DNA from: Ramlibacter sp. 2FC
GTDB taxonomy: Bacteria; Pseudomonadota; Gammaproteobacteria; Burkholderiales; Burkholderiaceae_C
DNA: 64,000 nt
Direction: 5' to 3'
Assembly: GCA_943372495.1 (NCBI GenBank)
Contig: CALRYV010000032.1
Coordinates: 2,669-66,668 of the forward strand
Position 1 is the first letter of the stretch; each line of letters starts with the position of its first letter. This document shows, in pieces, positions 11,209 to 17,775 of the stretch. The notes below the pieces were generated by a model. The model was given only the letters and a program-made list of their open reading frames with translations, was not told the DNA's origin and made no database searches. A program made the position numbers and the translations under genes.

Positions 11209-11284
11209 GACCCTATCGTCTAGAGGCCTAGGACATTACCCTTTCACGGTAAGTACCGGGGTTCGAATCCCCGTAGGGTCGCCA
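11209..11284 (+). tRNA. tRNA-Glu (anticodon UUC)
   Basis: GACCCTATCGTCTAGAGGCCTAGGACATTACCCTTTCACGGTAAGTACCGGGGTTCGAATCCCCGTAGGGTCGCCA. The acceptor stem is GACCCTA/TAGGGTC, the anticodon stem-loop is TTACC-CTTTCAC-GGTAA, and the T-arm is CGGGG-TTCGAAT-CCCCG. Confidence 0.95.
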
Positions 11285-11398
11285 AATTAACCTCGGTCAG
11301 TCTTCGGATTGACCTCCGGTCAAGAAGGCACAAGTCGGCAACAGCCGGCCCGCAAGGGCTGGCGACTTGGCTCGCAAGAGCGCACGTTGCTGCTACCA

Positions 11399-11475
11399 GG
11401 AGTGGTAGTTCAGTTGGTTAGAATACCGGCCTGTCACGCCGGGGGTCGCGGGTTCGAGTCCCGTCCACTCCGCCA
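11399..11475 (+). tRNA. tRNA-Asp (anticodon GUC)
   Basis: GGAGTGGTAGTTCAGTTGGTTAGAATACCGGCCTGTCACGCCGGGGGTCGCGGGTTCGAGTCCCGTCCACTCCGCCA. The acceptor stem is GGAGTGG/CCACTCC and the anticodon loop is CTGTCAC. Confidence 0.95.
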
Positions 11476-11483
11476 CATACGCC

Positions 11484-11523
11484 AAAGGTCTGCTGCTGTG
11501 CAAACGGTTGCAGACCTTTTTCC
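11484..11523 (+). terminator. rho-independent terminator after the tRNA cluster
   Basis: The stem is AAAGGTCTGC (11484-11493) / GCAGACCTTT (11510-11519), followed by a T run. Confidence 0.7.
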
Positions 11524-11584
11524 ATTGCCGCCCCGAAAATGGTGAAATGCCAGCAGGGCAGCATTCGTAGGAAAGCGTTTTTGT

Positions 11585-12217
11585 ATGGGCAGTACTCCAA
11601 ATAAACCCTGGTCCAGTCTGATCCGGCCGGCCGCGAAGAAGCCGTCGGCGGGCGACCCGCAGCCGCCCGTCGAGGCGCCGCCCGAGACGCTGTCGCCTTA
11701 TCACCGTGACGACCCGATCCCCAAGCCCGACGCGGTGGAAATGAACACCGACACGACCTGGGCGGAGTGGTCGAACCTGACGGCTGCGCAGAACCGCAGT
11801 TTCGCCGCCACCCAGCCGGCGACGCGATCCATGGGCGGACCGACCCACGAGCGCGGCTATGCGCCGACGGAACCGGCCCCGCTGCAAAAGCTCGAGGCGC
11901 GGCCCGCCACGCCGGTGCGGCGCGAACTCACGGTCGTGGAAGTGATGGTGGAAGCGCGCCGGAACAACCGGGTCTGCCCCAAGCCCGCCAGCTGGCAGCA
12001 GCTGTTCGACATGTTGCCGGACAAGAGGCGCTCCGGCGCCGGTTGGGAGCCCGCGCCGCCGCTGGTTGGCGCCGCATGGAAGGACACGCCGTCGATCCCG
12101 AAGCGGATGGTCTTCCGTGAGCACATCGAATGGGCCGCGTCGCACGGCTTCCTGCCGCAGGTCTTCAAGTTCATGAAGGATCTGCCGGAAAGCGACTGGC
12201 ACCACATGGGGGACTGA
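11585..12217 (+). CDS. hypothetical protein (Pro-rich, probably disordered N-terminal half; Trp/Cys-containing C-terminal domain)
   Basis: 210-aa ORF with GC-biased third codon positions. The C-terminal part is RNNRVCPKPASWQQLFDMLPDKRRSGAGWEPAPPLVGAAWKDTPSIPKRMVFREHIEWAASHGFL. I do not recognise the family. Confidence 0.6.
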   Translation: MGSTPNKPWSSLIRPAAKKPSAGDPQPPVEAPPETLSPYHRDDPIPKPDAVEMNTDTTWAEWSNLTAAQNRSFAATQPATRSMGGPTHERGYAPTEPAPLQKLEARPATPVRRELTVVEVMVEARRNNRVCPKPASWQQLFDMLPDKRRSGAGWEPAPPLVGAAWKDTPSIPKRMVFREHIEWAASHGFLPQVFKFMKDLPESDWHHMGD

Positions 12218-12243
12218 GGGCCTCGACCGGCCCCGGGCGCGCC

Positions 12244-12582
12244 TTACTTGCCCAGGGGGCTGGGCCGGGTGGACAGGCCCTTGGGCAGCAGGCCCTCGAA
12301 CTGGCCCGAAATGTCGCGGATCACTTCGCGGGCATGGGCCTCGCTGTACAGGTCGGCCAGCGCCGCCATCAGGTCGCCGCGCAGGTACCACAGGGCCTGC
12401 AGCTCGGTGGCGTACTGGATGCGCCGGGCGACCATCGGAAACCGCTTGGCGCCGTCCTGCCCGAGCGCCGTGAGCATCGCCTCCTGGATGTCACCGATCG
12501 CATCGTCGAGCGCACGGGACGAGCGCTGCGCGCCCCCCAGCAGGCCGTAGAGGCTTTGAATGGTCGGTTTCCAGCTACGCAT
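12244..12582 (-). CDS. hypothetical protein, 112 aa
   Basis: This is the C-terminal part of track ORF 12244..13032: MRSWKPTIQSLYGLLGGAQRSSRALDDAIGDIQEAMLTALGQDG...LQALWYLRGDLMAALADLYSEAHAREVIRDISGQFEG. It is probably helical and lies downstream of copZ on the same strand. I do not recognise the family. Confidence 0.55.
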   Translation of the reverse strand: MRSWKPTIQSLYGLLGGAQRSSRALDDAIGDIQEAMLTALGQDGAKRFPMVARRIQYATELQALWYLRGDLMAALADLYSEAHAREVIRDISGQFEGLLPKGLSTRPSPLGK

Positions 12583-12644
12583 GGCGATAGCATGGCACGC
12601 CGGCACCGACTTGTCCGTGACGTTTTCGGCGAATCGCTTCGGAT

Positions 12645-12869
12645 TCAGCTCGGCTTTGCAGCGGGGACCGGGATCGCCACCGGCGTGTAGCCGGCAGCCG
12701 AGATCGCAGCCTCCAGTTGCCGGGCGTCGGCTGCGCCCGGTTCGATCTCGACCCGGTGCGACGGCAGGTCGATCGTGACCCGGGCCCCGGCGTCGACCGA
12801 GGCCACCGCCTTCGTGATCGTGCCCACGCAATGACCGCAGGTCATGTCCTTCACTTCGAACGCAATCAT
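12645..12869 (-). CDS. copZ: heavy-metal-associated (HMA) domain copper chaperone
   Basis: MIAFEVKDMTCGHCVGTITKAVASVD... contains the MxCxxC metal-binding motif. An AAGGAG Shine-Dalgarno sits 7 nt upstream of the ATG. Confidence 0.85.
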   Translation of the reverse strand: MIAFEVKDMTCGHCVGTITKAVASVDAGARVTIDLPSHRVEIEPGAADARQLEAAISAAGYTPVAIPVPAAKPS

Positions 12870-12898
12870 CTGAAACTCCTTGGGACGGTTGATGATGC

Positions 12899-12930
12899 AC
12901 TGTCGACCTTCCCATCGGGGCAAGGTCAAG
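12899..12930 (-). promoter_or_regulatory. MerR/CueR-type promoter-operator for copZ (19-bp spacer with dyad)
   Basis: The minus strand reads CTTGACC-TTGCCCCGATGGGAAGGTC-GACAGT. The -35 is TTGACC, the spacer is 19 nt, and the spacer carries the dyad ACCTTGC..GGAAGGT. This closely resembles the E. coli PcopA layout, TTGACCTTCCCCTTGCTGGAAGGTTTAACCT. Confidence 0.6.
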
Positions 12931-13030
12931 CCCGGCTGTTCCAGATGCGTCCCGGCCGACAGCCGGACGAGCGTTCCGCCGATGTCCCCGCCGGAGCATC
13001 CCGACCAGCATGGTGGCAAAGGAGACGCCC

Positions 13031-13198
13031 ATGATTCCCTATGCCATCGATCCAAGCCTGCATGCCGGCGAACCTGAGCAACTCCTGCTCGATGACGGTT
13101 TCTCGGTGCCGCGCGGCACCGGCGATGCCACCACGCCCGCAGCCCCCGACGCCGGAGCGAGCCTCGAAGAGGCGCTGGCCGCCAAGAGCGATTTCTGA
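13031..13198 (+). CDS. small hypothetical acidic protein, 55 aa (candidate)
   Basis: MIPYAIDPSLHAGEPEQLLLDDGFSVPRGTGDATTPAAPDAGASLEEALAAKSDF. AAGGAG lies 7 nt upstream of the ATG and third positions are GC-rich. It is the first of three tandem small ORFs. Confidence 0.4.
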   Translation: MIPYAIDPSLHAGEPEQLLLDDGFSVPRGTGDATTPAAPDAGASLEEALAAKSDF

Positions 13199-13209
13199 AG
13201 AAAGCCACC

Positions 13210-13359
13210 ATGCCGATCCATCCCGTCGACCCCGAGCAGCAACCCGAAGGCGACTCGCCCGCGCCGAACCCGACCCAGCTGCCGGTCGAGCCCGAATTCG
13301 GCCCCCTGCTGCCGCCCGCGGAGCCGGAAGACCCTGGCGCCAAGCCGCCCCACATCTGA
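13210..13359 (+). CDS. small hypothetical Pro/Glu-rich protein, 49 aa (candidate; below the ORF-track size cutoff)
   Basis: MPIHPVDPEQQPEGDSPAPNPTQLPVEPEFGPLLPPAEPEDPGAKPPHI. It starts 11 nt after the previous stop and third positions are almost all G/C. Confidence 0.3.
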   Translation: MPIHPVDPEQQPEGDSPAPNPTQLPVEPEFGPLLPPAEPEDPGAKPPHI

Positions 13360-13369
13360 AGAGGTTGCC

Positions 13370-13525
13370 ATGCATCGCACACTGAGCGGCCACGCCAGCG
13401 AACCGCCGCCTCCGCCGCCGCGGGACACCACCAATCCGGAGCCGCTGCCGGCCACCCCGGAGGATCCGGAAAAGGGCCGCGTGCCGACGCCGGAGCCGGG
13501 CAAGTCAGAGCACCCGAAGCAATAG
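13370..13525 (+). CDS. small hypothetical Pro/Glu-rich protein, 51 aa (candidate; below the ORF-track size cutoff)
   Basis: MHRTLSGHASEPPPPPPRDTTNPEPLPATPEDPEKGRVPTPEPGKSEHPKQ. GAAGAGG lies upstream of the ATG, and the ORF starts 10 nt after the previous stop. Confidence 0.3.
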   Translation: MHRTLSGHASEPPPPPPRDTTNPEPLPATPEDPEKGRVPTPEPGKSEHPKQ

Positions 13526-13526
13526 C

Positions 13527-14312
13527 TCAGGGCCGGTCGGTGTCCTCGGGGCCGGCGCAGTCGGCCAGCAGCGCCTGGGCCCCCTCGTCGAGTCCGGCCA
13601 CCGGCGTCGCCTTGGCCAATGCCATCCAGAGACTGAAGGGCAGGGCGCGCCGGGCCCGCCGCGGCGCCGGCCTGGCCACCTGCAACCGGCCCGCTTCCAG
13701 CACCAGCACCCCGCACTCCGCCGGCACTTCGTCCGCCGCCGCGATGCAGCGGCCGCGGGCATCGCTGCCCAGCACGTACCAGCATTCGCCCAGGTCCAGG
13801 TAGGCAGCCCGCTTGGCGGGCTGGCGCAGGTCCGACAGCAGGTCGGCCCGCCGCACCTTCACTTCGTGCACCACCGGCTCGGCATAGGCTTCGACCGTGG
13901 TGTTGCGGATCGAGAAGACGTCGGGCCGCGCCATGCACCAGCGCAGCGGCTGGCCGGCGTCGTCGCAGGGCACCTGCGCGCGCAGGCCAAGCCCGCGCCA
14001 GGCGATGCGTCCGGCCCGACCCATCTCCTGGGCCACCCGTTCCACCAGCGCTTCGTGCGCGGACAGCGCGGCCCGGTTGCGGGCCAGCGTCTGCGCCAGC
14101 AGATGCACCCCGGCCGCTGTCACGCGCAGCGACTCATGGCCGTTGCCGGTGCGCACCCGGTCCAGCATGCCGGCTGCCAGCAGCTCGATTTCCAGCGGAT
14201 CCTGGCACGGCCAGCCGGCCGAGCGGTAGATCTCGCGCAGCCGGCGCGCGTGGGCCTTGCCCAGGACGGGTGCAAGCGGATCGGCGGTGGCGGGTGGGGC
14301 GCTGGCACTCAT
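13527..14312 (-). CDS. PD-(D/E)XK nuclease-fold protein, MmcB-like, with an N-terminal extension
   Basis: MSASAPPATADPL...RWCMARPDVFSIRNTTVEAYAEPVVHEVKVRRADLLSDLRQPAKRAAYLDLGECWYVLG. The D...E-x-K spacing is typical of PD-(D/E)XK / MmcB-family proteins. I placed the start at the internal ATG (14312) of track ORF 13527..14435. Confidence 0.55.
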   Translation of the reverse strand: MSASAPPATADPLAPVLGKAHARRLREIYRSAGWPCQDPLEIELLAAGMLDRVRTGNGHESLRVTAAGVHLLAQTLARNRAALSAHEALVERVAQEMGRAGRIAWRGLGLRAQVPCDDAGQPLRWCMARPDVFSIRNTTVEAYAEPVVHEVKVRRADLLSDLRQPAKRAAYLDLGECWYVLGSDARGRCIAAADEVPAECGVLVLEAGRLQVARPAPRRARRALPFSLWMALAKATPVAGLDEGAQALLADCAGPEDTDRP

Positions 14313-14419
14313 GGCGGTCGGGCGGGGCGGTGCCAGTTTAGCCGCCGTAGGCAGGCTCCGACGCCCACTGGGGCCATTGGCTGAGTGACCACGGCGCTGC
14401 CGGCGCCAAGAATCCGCGC

Positions 14420-14728
14420 ATGGTTGAAAAAGCACTCTATGGCATCACCGCCGTCCGCTATGCCGGCGCCCACATGGTCGAGGCGATGATGGGCCTGATC
14501 GACAGCGGCCACGAGCGCTGGGACTTGCGGCCGTCGCCGACCCGGATCGTGGAAGTCATCGACCGCATGGTCGAAGGCGACATCGTGATCACGATGTTCC
14601 CCGATGCCGGTGGCGGCCTGGCACCCGGGCCGGAGGTCAAGGTCGACCTGCTGCCCGAGGGCACCGAGACGCTGGCTTTGGACGACGAATCGGTCGGCCG
14701 CAGCCTGCGCGACCTGCCGCGGTTCTGA
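14420..14728 (+). CDS. hypothetical protein, 102 aa
   Basis: MVEKALYGITAVRYAGAHMVEAMMGLIDSGHERWDLRPSPTRIVEVIDRMVEGDIVITMFPDAGGG... It is divergent from the MmcB-like gene. I do not recognise the family. Confidence 0.5.
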   Translation: MVEKALYGITAVRYAGAHMVEAMMGLIDSGHERWDLRPSPTRIVEVIDRMVEGDIVITMFPDAGGGLAPGPEVKVDLLPEGTETLALDDESVGRSLRDLPRF

Positions 14729-15640
14729 TCAGGCCCGCCGCCGCCAGGCCGGCAGCGACACCAGCCCGGCCGACAGCGACGTGCCGCAAACGATCACGGT
14801 GGCGCAGAACAGCATCCACCCCGTCACCGACTCGCCCAGGAAGATCACGCCGTAGAGCACCGCGAACACCGGCACCAGGAAGGTGACGGCCAGGGCCCGC
14901 GGCGGCCCCGCCTGTTCGATCAGCCGGAAGTACAGGATGTAGGCGATGCCGGTGCAGACCACGCCCAGCACCAGCACCGCCAGCCAGGCCTGCAGCCCCG
15001 GCGTGCGCGCCGGCCAGAACCAGAACGCCGGCAGCGCCAGCCCCAGGGATGCGCCCATCTGGCTGCCGGTGGCCGTCACCAGCGGCGGCAGGCCGGTCAG
15101 GTAGCGCTTGGTGGCGGTGGCCGCGATGCCGTAGCAGACGCAGGCCAGGAGGCAGGCCAGCACGGCCCAGCCCGGCGCATAGCCGCTGGCATCGGGCTTG
15201 AAGCTCGCCTTGTCCCCCGCCAGCAGGGCCACGCCGACGAAGCCGATCGCCAGCCCCAGGCTGCGCGAGGCCGAGGGCCGGTCCTTCAGCCAGGCCCAGG
15301 CGATGAGCGCGCCGAACAGCGGGACCGTCGCATTGAGCACCGCCGACAGCCCGGTCGTGATCGAGAGCAAGGCGAAGGAAAAGAGGGCGAACGGGATGCC
15401 GGAGTTGAGCAGGCCGATGGTGAACACCGGTTTCCAGTGCCGGCGCAGCTGCGCCCCGTGGCCGCGCAGCAGCAGCAGCGGCCAGAGGAAAGCCGCCGCA
15501 ATGGCAACGCGCACGGCCGCCGTCGGTACGGCGCCGAATTCGACGGCTGCGATCCGCATGAACAGGAACGACGAGCCCCAGATGGCCGCCAGCAGTGTGA
15601 AATCGATGAGCCAGTTGCGGGGCCCGCGGCCGGCCGTCAA
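14729..15640 (-). CDS. EamA/DMT-family transporter
   Basis: About ten TM segments, with motifs such as LLAAIWGSSFLFMRIAA and GLSAVLNATVPLFGALIAWAWLKDRP. The proposed TTG start at 15640 overlaps the ogt stop (TTGA). The start is uncertain; the track ATG at 15733 would overlap ogt by about 100 nt. Confidence 0.8.
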   Translation of the reverse strand: MTAGRGPRNWLIDFTLLAAIWGSSFLFMRIAAVEFGAVPTAAVRVAIAAAFLWPLLLLRGHGAQLRRHWKPVFTIGLLNSGIPFALFSFALLSITTGLSAVLNATVPLFGALIAWAWLKDRPSASRSLGLAIGFVGVALLAGDKASFKPDASGYAPGWAVLACLLACVCYGIAATATKRYLTGLPPLVTATGSQMGASLGLALPAFWFWPARTPGLQAWLAVLVLGVVCTGIAYILYFRLIEQAGPPRALAVTFLVPVFAVLYGVIFLGESVTGWMLFCATVIVCGTSLSAGLVSLPAWRRRA

Positions 15641-16131
15641 ATCGCCCGCTCCAGTTCCAGCAGCGCGCTCTTGCGTTCCAGACCGCCGGCATAGCCGGTC
15701 AGCGAGCCGTCGCGCCCCAGCACCCGATGGCACGGCACGACGATGCTGACGGGATTGCGGCCGACCGCGGCGCCGACGGCGCGCACGGCCGCCGGCCGGC
15801 CGACCTGCCGGCTGATGGCGCCGTAGCTGCTCGTGCCGCCGGCCGGGATGGCCAGCAGCGCCTGCCAGACCGATTGCTGGAACGCGGTGCCGCCCTGCAG
15901 GTCCAGCGGCAGGTCGAACTGCGCCCGCCGGCCGGCGAAATAGTCGCGCAGTTGCGCCACGGCCGCCACCAGCACCGGGTGCTTGGGCGCGTGTGGCCAG
16001 CCGCTGTGGTCCGGAAGATGGCGCTGGCCTTCGAACCAGAGGCCGGCCAGGCCGCTGTCGGTGGCCGCGACGATCATGGGGCCGAGCGGGCTGTCGTAGC
16101 GCGCCTGCACGGTCGATGCATGGAATTTCAT
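15637..16131 (-). CDS. ogt: methylated-DNA--protein-cysteine methyltransferase
   Basis: 164 aa, containing the active-site motif VPCHRV and the SYGAISRQVGRPAAVRAVGAAVGRNP helix. Confidence 0.9.
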   Translation of the reverse strand: MKFHASTVQARYDSPLGPMIVAATDSGLAGLWFEGQRHLPDHSGWPHAPKHPVLVAAVAQLRDYFAGRRAQFDLPLDLQGGTAFQQSVWQALLAIPAGGTSSYGAISRQVGRPAAVRAVGAAVGRNPVSIVVPCHRVLGRDGSLTGYAGGLERKSALLELERAI

Positions 16132-17663
16132 GGACTTACTCCTTCAATGGTGAGGGCGGCCGCGGCCGGTTTCGGCGGCGGCGCCGGCAGCGCGCTCCAC
16201 GCGCGGATCACGGCATAGCTGCGCCACGGCGTCCAGGCCTGCGAGGCGGCTTCGGCTTCGCGGGCCGGGTTCTTCGCTCCCATGACGTCCAGCGCCCTGT
16301 GCAGCGCCACGTCACCGGCCGGAAAGGCGTCGGGCCAGCGCAGGGCCCGCATCGCGATGTACTGGGCCGTCCACTCGCCGATGCCCGGCAGCTCCTTGAG
16401 CGCGGCGATGGTGGACTGGACGTCGGCGCCGGCGTGCAGCTCCAGCCGCCGGTCGGCGACGGCCTGCGAGAGGGCGATGATCGCGGCCTGGCGCTGCCGG
16501 ACGATGCCCAGTTGCCCGAGCGCGTCGCCGCTGGCTTGCGCCAGCGCCGCCGGGGACGGGAACAGCCGGCCGATCGCCGGCCACGGCGTCGCGACCGGCT
16601 CGCCGAAGCGGTCGACCAGCCGCTGGGCCAGCGTGCGGGCGGCGGCCACCGTGATCTGCTGGCCCAGCACGGCGCGCACCGCCAGCTCATGGCCGCTCAT
16701 CGTGCCGGGCACCCGCAGGCCGTCGCCGCCGGGAAACCGCTCGTGCAGCACCGCGTTGATGCTGGCCGGGTCGGCGTCCAGGTCCAGCCAGGCCCGCACC
16801 CGGCGGATCACCAGCGGCAGCACGCCGCTGAGCGAATCGCTCAGGCGCAGCAGCACCTGATGCTGGTCCGGCAGGAATTCGACGGCCAGCCAGCCGCTGT
16901 GGCGGGCGCCGCCCGAGTCGACGGCGAAGCTACGGGCCAGGGCCAGGCGTTGCGGGGACACGGATTCCACGCCGTCGATCTGCCGCTTGCGGAAGAACGC
17001 CAGCATCGCCTCGACGTCGTACGGCGGCCGGTAACCGAGCTTGACCGCGATGCCGTCGCCGGCCCGCTCGGAGCCGTGGCGCCGCAGCTGGGTCGGATTG
17101 AGGCCGTAGTGTTCCGCGAACGCCGCATTGAAGCGGCGCACGCTGGAGTAACCGCTGATCAGGGCGACCTGGGTGATCGGCAGGTCGGTGTCGGCCAGCA
17201 GCTGCTTTGCCGTCAGCAGCCGGCGGGTCTGCAGGTACTGGACCGGCGAGACGCCGAACTCGGCTTCGAAGATCCGCCGCACGTGGCGGTCGCTGACGCC
17301 GAGACGGGCCGCCAGCTGCTCCAGCAGCGGCACGCCTTCGCACCATGCATCCGGCTCATCGAGCAGCCGCACGGCCTGCCGCGCCAGCAGCGACGACGCG
17401 TCCTGGATCGACCAGCGCATCGAATTGGGCGCCAGCTCGGGCCGGCAGCGCAGGCACGGTCGAAACCCGGCCTGTTCGGCCTGCACCGCATGGGAAAAGA
17501 AGCGGCAGTTCTCGCGCCGGGGTGCCCGCACCTTGCAGACCGGCCGGCAGTAGATGCCGGTCGAGGTCACGCCGGTGAAGAAGCAGCCGTCGAAGCGGGC
17601 GTCCCGGGCCTTCATGGCGAGGTAGCAGAAGTCGGGCTGGAGCGCGGCGCTGTCGCTGTTCAT
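16128..17663 (-). CDS. bifunctional Ada N-terminal (Zn-Cys4 methylphosphotriester acceptor)/AraC-HTH regulator fused to DNA-3-methyladenine glycosylase II (AlkA)
   Basis: MNSDSAALQ...DGCFFTGVTSTGIYCRPVCKVRAPRRENCRFF...FRPCLRCRP supplies the Cys4 zinc site. The AraC HTH is ITQVALISGYSSVRRFNAAFAEHYG. The C-terminal HhH-GPD glycosylase region is LKELPGIGEWTAQYIAMRAL...D. There is an ATGA overlap with ogt. Confidence 0.9.
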   Translation of the reverse strand: MNSDSAALQPDFCYLAMKARDARFDGCFFTGVTSTGIYCRPVCKVRAPRRENCRFFSHAVQAEQAGFRPCLRCRPELAPNSMRWSIQDASSLLARQAVRLLDEPDAWCEGVPLLEQLAARLGVSDRHVRRIFEAEFGVSPVQYLQTRRLLTAKQLLADTDLPITQVALISGYSSVRRFNAAFAEHYGLNPTQLRRHGSERAGDGIAVKLGYRPPYDVEAMLAFFRKRQIDGVESVSPQRLALARSFAVDSGGARHSGWLAVEFLPDQHQVLLRLSDSLSGVLPLVIRRVRAWLDLDADPASINAVLHERFPGGDGLRVPGTMSGHELAVRAVLGQQITVAAARTLAQRLVDRFGEPVATPWPAIGRLFPSPAALAQASGDALGQLGIVRQRQAAIIALSQAVADRRLELHAGADVQSTIAALKELPGIGEWTAQYIAMRALRWPDAFPAGDVALHRALDVMGAKNPAREAEAASQAWTPWRSYAVIRAWSALPAPPPKPAAAALTIEGVSP

Positions 17664-17775
17664 GGTCTCGATGATACGCAGCGGAACGGCTGCGACTGGC
17701 CGTTTTCGGACATGTGGCTGCCAGGGCGGGAGCCTACAATTGCCGGCTTCACTTCCCGGATTGCCCAGAACCAAC

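Noticed and set aside
11476-14800. A possible genomic island integrated at tRNA-Asp.
   Set aside because: I saw no integrase, recombinase or phage gene, and no repeat of the tRNA 3' end downstream. The base composition of these genes looks like the rest of the window. I treat it as ordinary variable chromosomal DNA with several unknowns.
17664-17775. An Ada box (AAAGCGCA-type) in the ada/alkA - algC divergent region.
   Set aside because: I found only a short hairpin (AACGGC..GCCGTT) and no match to the E. coli Ada-box consensus. The operator of this fused regulator may differ, so I made no call.
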